A stretch of 64,000 nt of DNA from Klebsiella pneumoniae. GTDB taxonomy: Bacteria > Desulfobacterota > Binatia > UBA12015. Each line of letters starts with the position of its first letter. Position 1 is the stretch's first letter. The notes under the pieces are model-generated. The model saw only the letters and a program-made list of their open reading frames with translations. It did no database searches and was not told the origin of the DNA. The position numbers were made by a program, and so were the translations under genes. The stretch spans positions 1,196-65,195 of the forward strand of contig CAMBZJ010000004.1 in NCBI GenBank assembly GCA_945872365.1, given 5' to 3'. Shown here piece by piece: positions 20,801-31,924 of the stretch.

Positions 20801-21253
20801 ATGGTGCGAAGTGCGAAACCCGCCGGGGGCCACGACCCCGGGCCGACGGACGCCGACGAGGGCATCTGGCGCGGGCGCAAGGTTGCGCGTCGACTCGTCT
20901 CGCCCGACGGCATGGTCGTGCTGGTCGGGCGCAACGCGGAGGACAACGACATCCTCACCGCGAAACTCGCTTCGCCACGCGACTTCTGGCTGCACGTGGC
21001 TTCGGGGCCCGGTTCGCACGTGGTCGTCCGCAATCCCGGGGGGTTGCGCCGGCTGCCCCGCGAGACGCAGCGCTTCGCCGCCGGCCTCGCGGCCGGCTAC
21101 TCGAGCGCGAAGGACGGGGGGCGGACGGCCGTCCATCTGGCACTGGCCGGGGACGTGGGAAAACCCAGGGGTTTCGCGCCGGGGAAGGTCCAACTGGCCC
21201 GTTTCGAGACGGTGATGGCGACCCCGCAGCGGGCACCCGAGGCGGGATCCTAG
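20801..21253 (+). CDS. DUF814 / NFACT-R RNA-binding domain protein
   Basis: RDFWLHVASGPGSHVVVRNPGG...KVQLARFETV is typical of DUF814. Confidence 0.65.
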   Translation: MVRSAKPAGGHDPGPTDADEGIWRGRKVARRLVSPDGMVVLVGRNAEDNDILTAKLASPRDFWLHVASGPGSHVVVRNPGGLRRLPRETQRFAAGLAAGYSSAKDGGRTAVHLALAGDVGKPRGFAPGKVQLARFETVMATPQRAPEAGS

Positions 21254-21278
21254 GTGGGTGCGCGGGTCGGGTGCCCAT

Positions 21279-21356
21279 CCCCTAGGGGAGTCGGGGCACC
21301 TGGCCCCTTGTTTTGGATTCCCCTCTGATTTTCCTTGACTTCGGTCCCCTAGGGGG
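21279..21356. promoter_or_regulatory. Two copies of perfect 10-bp palindrome CCCCTAGGGG (21279-21288, 21347-21356) flanking a GGGGC-ACCTG-GCCCC hairpin and T-tract (21292-21314)
   Basis: Read directly. The palindromes are 68 bp apart in the 470-bp non-coding gap after the DUF814 gene. The hairpin plus TTGTTTTGG is terminator-like. Confidence 0.4.
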
Positions 21357-21485
21357 CGAAGAAAGAACCGCGTCGAGCTTGATCCCGGGGGCCTCGCCTC
21401 GTGGCTGAAGCAGGCAAGACGTCCCACATTTTACGCAAGCAGGTCTTCCCGGGCTGGGTCCGGGAAGATGTTCTGAGGTTCCCCC

Positions 21486-21590
21486 ATGCAGACCACGACT
21501 CCCCGAACGACCAAGACTCTCGGTTTCACCGACCTTCTGACGGCGGTCGCCGTCGTTGCGACGATCATCGGCGGGCTTCTCACCCTCTGA
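21486..21590 (+). CDS. Candidate small hydrophobic peptide (34 aa)
   Basis: ATG with GAGG ~7 nt upstream. MQTTTPRTTKTLGFTDLLTAVAVVATIIGGLLTL has one TM-like segment. Local GC is lower. Below the ORF-track size cut-off. Confidence 0.3.
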   Translation: MQTTTPRTTKTLGFTDLLTAVAVVATIIGGLLTL

Positions 21591-21727
21591 ACGTCGAGCG
21601 TGGTCCACCGGCCGCGCACTTGGGGAATTCCCCGACTTTCCCGAGCCTCGCGGCACGAGTAATTCTTCCCACCATCGAGTTGGGAGCCGAGATACCGGCT
21701 ACCGCCCGAATGGAACGGGGGAGAGTC

Positions 21728-22720
21728 ATGGCGTTGGCCGCACACGAGGCGAAGAATCGATCGACAGCGCGCTCGATCGCGGGCTGCCTGTTCTCGGCGA
21801 TCCTGGCCACGGCCTTCGCCGCGCCGGCCGGGGCCGGCGACATCGGCGGCGGTGGCCCGCGCGCGAAGGATTGTGTCACGGCCTTTCGTACGCTGGCCGC
21901 GCCGGTCGCCGGCGGCTCCTCGCTGCGCTGCCGCGACGGTGATCCGTCCTGCGACGAGGACGGCATCGTGAACGGCGAGTGCAGCCTGTCGGTGGGCGTC
22001 TGCGCGAACCGCACTTCGGATCCCGTCTGCACGTCACCCGGTGTCGATTCGATCATGGTCGCCCATGCGACCGACAACGGCGACCCGCTGTTCGACCCGG
22101 CCTTCCAGGCCCTCCAGACCCGCATCGACGGCCTCGACCTCCCGAGTTTCTCGCCCGACGACTGCACCACGCCGACGCGCTTCGTGGTGAAACTCCAGGG
22201 GCCATTCGCCGGGAACCGCTGCCGCGGTGCGCGCAAGGTGGTGCGCCTCGAGTCCCGTTCCGTCCCGATGCTCGGGAGCGAACAGCTGTTCGACCGCGAC
22301 ACGCTGCGGATCGCATGCCTGCCGGCGGCGGAGAGTTGCGACCCCACGGTCCTCTTCTCGGGCACCTTCGACCGGATCCAGACGCAGATCTTCGACCGCT
22401 CGTGTGCGTTGAGCGGCTGTCACGACTCGCAGACGCAGATGAGCGGGCTCCTGCTCGAGGTCGGAGCATCGCTCGGGAACCTGGTCGGTGTCGATCCGCA
22501 GAACGGAGCAGCCGTGGCGCTGGGCTGGAAGCGGGTGACGGCGGGCGACCCCGCGGCGAGTCTCCTCATGCACAAGGTCTCGGGCGAACTCGGCGCCGGT
22601 CTCGGCGAGCGCATGCCGTTTCAGCGCAAGCCGCTGCCGTCGCAACTCGTCGAGATCCTCAGGCTCTGGATCGAGGCCGGTGCACCGGCGACCGGCTGGG
22701 TCGCGGGCACCGACCACTGA
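21728..22720 (+). CDS. Secreted protein with N-terminal Cys-rich module and C-terminal PSCyt1-like (planctomycete cytochrome-C-type) domain carrying CX4CH instead of CXXCH
   Basis: GGGGGAGAG SD. Signal peptide MALAAHEAKNRSTARSIAGCLFSAILATAFAAPAGA. N-terminal CRDGDPSCDEDGIVNGECSLSVGVC. C-terminal FDRSCALSGCHDSQTQMSGLLL...GDPAASLLMHKV...RMPFQRKPLPSQLVEILRLWIEAGAP matches the PSCyt1 consensus (..C..CHg...gLrL...S.L...MP....L....l..WI..GA). Confidence 0.6.
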   Translation: MALAAHEAKNRSTARSIAGCLFSAILATAFAAPAGAGDIGGGGPRAKDCVTAFRTLAAPVAGGSSLRCRDGDPSCDEDGIVNGECSLSVGVCANRTSDPVCTSPGVDSIMVAHATDNGDPLFDPAFQALQTRIDGLDLPSFSPDDCTTPTRFVVKLQGPFAGNRCRGARKVVRLESRSVPMLGSEQLFDRDTLRIACLPAAESCDPTVLFSGTFDRIQTQIFDRSCALSGCHDSQTQMSGLLLEVGASLGNLVGVDPQNGAAVALGWKRVTAGDPAASLLMHKVSGELGAGLGERMPFQRKPLPSQLVEILRLWIEAGAPATGWVAGTDH

Positions 22721-22747
22721 CATTGGCAACGGGAGTTGGAGCAAGCG

Positions 22748-24271
22748 ATGGGTGACGAGACGACGGCGCTCGACCGGAGGTCGGCTCGACACCTGCTTCG
22801 CCGCACCGGGTTCGGTGCGAGCGAGCGGGTCGTCGAGGGCTGGCTGCGCAGCGGATACAGCCGGGGCCGCGCGGCCGACGAACTCGTCGGTTTCACCCCG
22901 GGCGGATTCAAGCCCGGGGGCCGAGGCCTCTCCGACCTGCACAACAACTGGATCAAGTACATGGTCAAGGCGCGTTCGGGCCTGAACGAGAAACTCGTTC
23001 TGTTCTGGCACGATCACTTCGCGACTTCCTACGGCAAGGTAGGCGACCCCAAGCTCGTCGGCCGCCAGAACCAGTTCCTGCGCAAGAAGTGCCGCGGGAG
23101 CATGGTCGACCTCGTGAAGGGCATCAATCTCGATCCGGCGATGATGCAGTTCCTCGACACGGTGCGAAACACGAAGGTGGAGCCGAACGAGAACTACGGC
23201 CGCGAGATGCTCGAATTATTCACGCTCGGCGTGGTCGATCTCGACGGGAATCGCAACTACTCCGACCAGAAGGATCCCTTCGCGATCGCGCGCGCGTTCT
23301 CGGGATGGACCTATGAACGCACGAGCGGCAACCCGCTGTTCCGAGACAGCCGGCACGACACGCTGGCCGAGTTCGCCGCACGCGGCCCGAAGGCGCTTTT
23401 CGCCGCGGACGACACGCATCCCGACGGCTACGGGGGTTTCGGTGCCGCGGGCGCGAGCTTCGCCGATGCGGGCGAGGGCGCGCAGGAGGTCGACAGCGTG
23501 ACGGAGATCGTCTTCCGCCACCGCGATAGCCGGGGCGTGCCCACGGTCGCGGCACGCACGGCGAGGCGTCTCCTCGAGTTCTTCGTCCACGGGGCCTATC
23601 GGTCGGCCGACGGCGTCGACCACGGCGGGTTCGCCGATCCCGAGCCGGATTCGCCGGCGCGGGCGACCATCGACGCCGTGCTCGGGCGCTCGGGGTTCGC
23701 GACGAACTGGGACATCGGGAGCCTGGTTCGCGAGATCCTCGTCGACGACGCCTTCTACGCGAGCCTCGACGACCCGGCCCGGAAGTCCGTGAAGTGGCCG
23801 ATTGATCTCGTCGTCGCGACCTTGCGCACGCTCGGCGTGAAGCTGATCGGGCGCGACGCCAAGGTCCCGGGGGTGGGCGACCGCAGCGTCTATACCCACC
23901 TCTCGAACATGGGCCAGGTCGGGTTGAATCCCCCGAGCGTCTTCGGCTGGGAGTGGGAGACGAACTGGGTCGGAAGCCAGGCCCTGCTCGCACGCTTCTT
24001 CTTCGCGCGCGACGTGTACACGGCACGCGAGAGCGGCGGCATGCGACCGGACAAGCTGGTGTCGCTCGCGCTGACCGATCCGGGCGACGTCGTCGATGCG
24101 GTGACCGAGGTCCTGGGCGTGCGCGACGACATGCTCGCCTCGGAGCGGGCGGCACTCGTCGCCTACCTCGGGGCCGGGCCGCTGAACCTCGCCGATCCGG
24201 TCACGGTGGACAAGAAACTTCGCGGCCTCTTTGGACTGGTCCTCCAGTCGCCACATTACCAGTTGCACTGA
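22748..24271 (+). CDS. DUF1800 family protein
   Basis: RHLLRRTGFGASE...LVLFWHDHFATS...MLELFTLGV are DUF1800 hallmarks. ATG at 22748 has GGAG 6 nt upstream (alternative TTG at 22736). Confidence 0.8.
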   Translation: MGDETTALDRRSARHLLRRTGFGASERVVEGWLRSGYSRGRAADELVGFTPGGFKPGGRGLSDLHNNWIKYMVKARSGLNEKLVLFWHDHFATSYGKVGDPKLVGRQNQFLRKKCRGSMVDLVKGINLDPAMMQFLDTVRNTKVEPNENYGREMLELFTLGVVDLDGNRNYSDQKDPFAIARAFSGWTYERTSGNPLFRDSRHDTLAEFAARGPKALFAADDTHPDGYGGFGAAGASFADAGEGAQEVDSVTEIVFRHRDSRGVPTVAARTARRLLEFFVHGAYRSADGVDHGGFADPEPDSPARATIDAVLGRSGFATNWDIGSLVREILVDDAFYASLDDPARKSVKWPIDLVVATLRTLGVKLIGRDAKVPGVGDRSVYTHLSNMGQVGLNPPSVFGWEWETNWVGSQALLARFFFARDVYTARESGGMRPDKLVSLALTDPGDVVDAVTEVLGVRDDMLASERAALVAYLGAGPLNLADPVTVDKKLRGLFGLVLQSPHYQLH

Positions 24272-24284
24272 CGGAGAACGCGAC

Positions 24285-25811
24285 ATGGATCGACGCCGAT
24301 TCCTCGGGCGCACCGGGCTTCTCGCCGCCGGGATGACATTCGGGCCCGGACTCTTTTCGAACCGACTGGTCCGGCAGGCGCTCGCCGCACGCAGCGACCG
24401 TTACCTGATCTCTGTCGTTCTCGACGGCGGCAACGACGGGCTCAACACGATCACCCCGATCGCCGACGGCTCGGGCACCCTGCGCAGCGACTACGAGAAG
24501 GCTCGGGTTGCCGGAAGCGGCGGGATCAGGCTCCTGCCCGACGGTACACATCCGCTGCTGCCGCTCGCCGTGGGAGGTCTCTCCGGGGACGATCCGAATA
24601 CGGGGGCAGCGCTCGGCATGCACCCGGGTCTTTCCGGAATCGTGCCCGGTGCGATCGAGGCCTCGGGAGATGCGGGCTTCGGCGGGCTGCATGAACTCTA
24701 CCGGGCGGGCCGGGTCGCGGTGATCCAGGGCTGCGGCTTCCCCGACTACAACCTCTCGCACGACGAGGCGCGGCGCGTCTTCCACTCGGCGAATCCGCGC
24801 GGTCTCGCCGCGTTCGCTTCGACCGGCTGGCTCGGTCGCACGGTCGCCCATCCGACCTATGCCTTCGGTTCGACGGACGTGCCGGCCCTCAACGTGCGCG
24901 ACTCCGTCGGCGGCGACTTCCGCGCGACCGGGACGAGCGTCGCCGCGGCGCGTCGGCTGTCGGACTTCACCATGCCGCGCGACGTTTCGGCCTACTCCTC
25001 GGACAACGCAGCGAAGCTCGCGGCGATCGAAGCCCTCTACGGGGTGGCGTCGACTCGCCCGGGATCGTGGCGTGCCCTCGGCGATTCAGGCACGGCGACC
25101 TTCGGTTGCATGGACTACTACCCCGCCGCGAGCCGGCTCTACTTGGCGGATCGAGCGGCCTGGTCCGCCGGCTACGACAGGATGGGCCTCGGGACCGGCC
25201 GCGACCTGCGTGAGGTCGCCAAGGCGATCTACGCGCGCGAGTCCGGGGACGCCCGCATCAAGTCCTTCGCCTTCCGGGTCGACAACGGCGGCTACGACAC
25301 CCACTCCGACCAGGGAGGTGGCGATCCGACCGGGCAGCATTGGAGCCTGCACGCCGAGGTGGGGGCATCCCTCAAGCACTTCTTCGACGACCTCGACGAC
25401 ATGGGTAGCGGCGTGGCCGATCGGGTGACGGTGCTCGTCTGGAGCGAATTCTCCCGACGGGTGCGGCAGAACGAGACCGGCACCGACCACGGCTCGCAGG
25501 GGCCGATGTTCGTCGTCGGCGGCGGCGTCAGCGGTGGCGTGTACGGCAACCACCCGAACATCGCCGAGAGCGACCTCGGCAGCGACGGCAACACCCGCTA
25601 CCGGCAGGGGGCGAACGACTTCCGCTCGACCGACGTGCGCGACGTCTACGGCACGGTTCTCACGCGCAGGCTCGGCCTGTCGGCGGCGACCGTACTCGAC
25701 CCGACCAGCGGGATCCTGCGGCTCGACGACGGTCCGGCCGACACGCGCTGGACTGTTCAAGATTTCGACCTGCGTCGGGGTTCCGACGGTGCACCGCTCT
25801 TCCGGGTCTGA
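24285..25811 (+). CDS. DUF1501 family protein with twin-arginine signal
   Basis: MDRRRFLGRTGLLAAGM is a Tat motif. LISVVLDGGNDGLNT...SEFSRRVRQNETGTDHGSQGPMFVVGGGVSGGVYG is the DUF1501 signature. Conserved pairing with the DUF1800 protein. Confidence 0.8.
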   Translation: MDRRRFLGRTGLLAAGMTFGPGLFSNRLVRQALAARSDRYLISVVLDGGNDGLNTITPIADGSGTLRSDYEKARVAGSGGIRLLPDGTHPLLPLAVGGLSGDDPNTGAALGMHPGLSGIVPGAIEASGDAGFGGLHELYRAGRVAVIQGCGFPDYNLSHDEARRVFHSANPRGLAAFASTGWLGRTVAHPTYAFGSTDVPALNVRDSVGGDFRATGTSVAAARRLSDFTMPRDVSAYSSDNAAKLAAIEALYGVASTRPGSWRALGDSGTATFGCMDYYPAASRLYLADRAAWSAGYDRMGLGTGRDLREVAKAIYARESGDARIKSFAFRVDNGGYDTHSDQGGGDPTGQHWSLHAEVGASLKHFFDDLDDMGSGVADRVTVLVWSEFSRRVRQNETGTDHGSQGPMFVVGGGVSGGVYGNHPNIAESDLGSDGNTRYRQGANDFRSTDVRDVYGTVLTRRLGLSAATVLDPTSGILRLDDGPADTRWTVQDFDLRRGSDGAPLFRV

Positions 25812-25943
25812 CCGCTAGGCGGAGCTTCGGGGCGGCCGCCCGACTCCGGGTCACCGCACCGCCGCAAGGTGTCGACTGCCGCCGTAGGCGCGCGACGAAG
25901 GGTCGGCTTTCCGCGAAAAGCCGACCCTCCGTTGCGTCATCTG

Positions 25944-29237
<3,294 letters not shown>

Positions 29238-29505
29238 GGCCTCCCCCGGTTCGTCTTTGTCGGTCTCGCCGGGCAGCATCCTGCCCAATCGGTCGGCCGA
29301 TCTAATCTCATGCGAGCATGGGGGAGTTCAAGCCCAAACCTAAGGGCGACCCTGAAAGACTAAGCGGGGGATTCGGGCCAGTCCGGAGGCGCCGCGGGGT
29401 CCGGGTGGAGATCGCGGGGGCTCGACTCGCGGCAAGGCCCCGGAGAGTGTGCTCCGGGGCCTTCCTCGAGGAGTGCTGCCGCGCTCTTGCGCGACCCAGG
29501 CCAGA

Positions 29506-29578
29506 CTCCCCGGGCCGGACTCGAACCAGCGACCAATCGGTTAACAGCCGATTGCTCTACCAACTGAGCTACCGGGGA
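29506..29578 (-). tRNA. tRNA-Asn (anticodon GTT)
   Basis: Reverse complement: TCCCCGGTAGCTCAGTTGGTAGAGCAATCGGCTGTTAACCGATTGGTCGCTGGTTCGAGTCCGGCCCGGGGAG. Anticodon loop CTGTTAA. Confidence 0.9.
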
Positions 29579-29730
29579 TCAGGAGGCGTCGCTACCATTC
29601 TGGATCCGCCCGCGCAATTTCCGGCCGCTCGCCACGCCCGCCGGACACCCGCTGCGCGCCCTGTTTGGGCCGGGCTGCGAGGGTGGTGTAAGCACCACGC
29701 CGCATGGGATCTCTGCGGCGCGAGGCTCGG

Positions 29731-30312
29731 ATGGCTCAGGGGCGGGCGGGGCGGGCTTTCCTGCTCGCGCTGTGCGTTCTCGGGGCGGTCGGCCCCGCCG
29801 GTGCCGAGATCGTCGCCACGCCGACGCCGCTGCCACAACGCCCGCTCGTCGCGACCATGCGCCCGTTGCGGCGCGAGGGGGCAGGCCTGCGGATCGACGA
29901 TTCCCGCAGCGTCGGCGAGGCTCGGTTCACGACACCGGATATCGATGGGTCGGCGGCGGCCGCGCGCGTCCCGGCAGCCTCGCCCACGGCGTCGCCCGGC
30001 ATGGACCTGCGGATCGTGATGACCGCGCCGCTCTCGCCACCTGCGCCGGCGGAGGGAGCGGCGGCGGCGATCGACGCCGAGCGCAGGCTGCTCGTGGTCG
30101 CGGGCAATTGCGCGGCCGGGTTGCGCGGTTCGCGCAGTGGCGTCGAGATTCTCGGCGACTTCACGTCGCCCCCCGACGGCCGCGCGGCGATCAACGGACA
30201 CTCGAAACTCGGCTACCACCAGTTGCGCGGACGCAGCCTGCTGGTGGTCCGGCCCGAGAGCGAAGGATTCCCCGAGGTGCCGCTCGCTTGCGGCGCGATC
30301 GGGGCGGAGTAG
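29731..30312 (+). CDS. Secreted hypothetical protein, possibly a degenerate Cu/Zn-SOD-like domain
   Basis: Signal peptide MAQGRAGRAFLLALCVLGAVGPAGA. C-terminal NGHSKLGYHQLRGRSLLVVRPESEGFPEVPLACGAIG parallels the SodC C-terminus GHAGDLP...GRTVVLHANKDN...RVACGVIE of the next gene. Metal-ligand His residues are not evident. Confidence 0.5.
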   Translation: MAQGRAGRAFLLALCVLGAVGPAGAEIVATPTPLPQRPLVATMRPLRREGAGLRIDDSRSVGEARFTTPDIDGSAAAARVPAASPTASPGMDLRIVMTAPLSPPAPAEGAAAAIDAERRLLVVAGNCAAGLRGSRSGVEILGDFTSPPDGRAAINGHSKLGYHQLRGRSLLVVRPESEGFPEVPLACGAIGAE

Positions 30313-30359
30313 GGGACTGCCAGGTAATTCGGACGGCACGAACAAGGAGGCGGAAACAG

Positions 30360-31133
30360 ATGCGACACTCGATGATCGGAATGACGATGACGGTACTCGC
30401 CGCTGCGGCGATGGGTTGCTCGGCGTCCACCGTGACGCGGCCGGCGTCCGCGGTGGCCGGCGGCGTCGCCGGCGTGGGCTCGGCCGTGGCCGGTGGTGTG
30501 GCGGGTGCCGGTTCGGCCGTTGCAGGCGGCGTCTCGGGCGTGGGTTCGGCGGTGGCCAGCGGCGTCGCCGGTGCGGGCTCGGCCGTGACCGGTGCGACGA
30601 TCGGCCGCGGCGGGCTCGTCGCGGTGCTCCGCCCGGTGAGCTCGGCAACCGGCGCGGTGGACACCTCGGTGAGCCTCGGGACCGTCCGCTTCACGCAGGG
30701 GACCGGCCAGGTGAACGTCGTGGTGCAGGTGAACGGCGTGTCGGTGGCCGGCCTCGAAGCCACGCAGAGCGCCGACGGCCAGGGCGTCTACTACCCGCAC
30801 GGCATCCACATCCACGCCGGTTCGGCCTGTGGCCCGACGACCCAGGACGGCAAGGTGGTGCCCGCCGGTGGCGCGGGTCCGCACTTCGACCCCGCGGCGA
30901 CCAACAGCCACAAGGGGCCGCAGGGTGCCGGCCATGCCGGCGACCTGCCGAATCTCCGCGTCCTGAACGACGAGTCTGGGTTGCTCGAGACCTCGACCAC
31001 GCGCTTCTCGCTGGGCGACCTCGTCGGCCGGACCGTCGTGCTGCACGCCAACAAGGACAACTACACGGATACCCCCGCCAACGGGGGCAGCGGCCAGCGG
31101 GTCGCCTGCGGGGTGATCGAAGCCGCCCGCTGA
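30360..31133 (+). CDS. sodC: Cu/Zn superoxide dismutase, lipoprotein form, with repetitive Gly/Ala/Val linker
   Basis: AAGGAGG SD. Lipobox AAAAMGCSAS. Catalytic core HGIHIHAGSACGPTTQDGKVVPAGGAGPHFDP...GHAGDLPNL...VVLHANKDNYTDTPANGGSGQRVACGVIE. Confidence 0.85.
   Translation: MRHSMIGMTMTVLAAAAMGCSASTVTRPASAVAGGVAGVGSAVAGGVAGAGSAVAGGVSGVGSAVASGVAGAGSAVTGATIGRGGLVAVLRPVSSATGAVDTSVSLGTVRFTQGTGQVNVVVQVNGVSVAGLEATQSADGQGVYYPHGIHIHAGSACGPTTQDGKVVPAGGAGPHFDPAATNSHKGPQGAGHAGDLPNLRVLNDESGLLETSTTRFSLGDLVGRTVVLHANKDNYTDTPANGGSGQRVACGVIEAAR
30453..30600 (+). repeat. Coding tandem repeat, ~4.5 x 33 nt (VAGGVAGVGSA unit) in the sodC linker
   Basis: GTGGCCGGCGGCGTCGCCGGCGTGGGCTCGGCC and degenerate copies. 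Copies differ mostly at synonymous positions. Confidence 0.6.
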
Positions 31134-31184
31134 GTCGGTGCTGGGGCACTTGCCCCGGGGCGAAACAAAGGCGAAGATCGCGAC

Positions 31185-31907
31185 GTGTCGGTCGCTCTTC
31201 GCCTGGAAGATCTGCTTGCCCGTCTGCCCGGCACGGTCCGGCGCGGCCATGTGCCGCCGGTCCGTGCCGGGCGCGACGAGTGCCTGTCCACCGGTACGGT
31301 CGCGCTCGACGAGGCGCTCGACGGCGGATTGCCGCGAGGCCGGCTGAGCGAGTTGTGCGGGGCGGGTTCGGCCGGCATCACGAGCCTCGCCCTGCGGGTG
31401 GCGGCAGGGGCCATCGCCCGGGGCGAGTGGGCCGCCTGGGTCGATGGGGCCGACGCCTTCGACCCCGCGGGTGCGCATGCGAGCGGCCTCGACGCCGAGT
31501 CGCTGCTCTGGGTTCGGCCGCCGGACCTGCGTACCGCACTCGCCGCAGCCGAGCAGTTGCTCGCGCTCGGGGGCTTCGCGCTGGTGGTGCTCGATGTCTC
31601 GCCGTCGACGGCCACCGGACGGGCCGAGCGCCGCGGCGCCGCTGCCGCCCGCCTGCCCGCGACCGCGCATCCCTGGCTGCGGCTCGCCCGTGCGGCGGAG
31701 CGCTCGCGCTCGGCGCTGGTCGCGCTGCGCCGCGACGGGGGGGCCGCGCCCTCGGCCGCCCTGCGCCTGGAACTGCAACCGGCCGAGGTTCTCTGGGATC
31801 GCCGTGGCGGTGCGCCGGCACTCTTCGAGGGATTGCGCGCGCGCGTCACCATCCGGCGCCGTCGTGGCGCCGCGCTCACCGGGCGCGAGATCACCTTCCG
31901 CCTCTGA
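31185..31907 (+). CDS. imuA: ImuA-like SOS-mutagenesis protein (RecA-fold)
   Basis: LSTGTVALDEALDGGLPRGRLSELCGAGSAGITSLALRVAAGAIARGEWAAWVDGADAFDPAGA...LLWVRPPDLRTALAAAEQLLALGGFALVVLD follows the ImuA pattern. Sits immediately upstream of the imuB-like gene. Confidence 0.7.
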   Translation: MSVALRLEDLLARLPGTVRRGHVPPVRAGRDECLSTGTVALDEALDGGLPRGRLSELCGAGSAGITSLALRVAAGAIARGEWAAWVDGADAFDPAGAHASGLDAESLLWVRPPDLRTALAAAEQLLALGGFALVVLDVSPSTATGRAERRGAAAARLPATAHPWLRLARAAERSRSALVALRRDGGAAPSAALRLELQPAEVLWDRRGGAPALFEGLRARVTIRRRRGAALTGREITFRL

Positions 31908-31924
31908 GCCGGATCGATCGTCCG

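Noticed and set aside
31134-31184. LexA operator upstream of imuA
   Set aside because: Looked for gamma, alpha, Gram-positive and Myxococcus-type SOS boxes; none present. Only a GGGGCACTTGCCCC palindrome is there, reported under the imuA finding instead.
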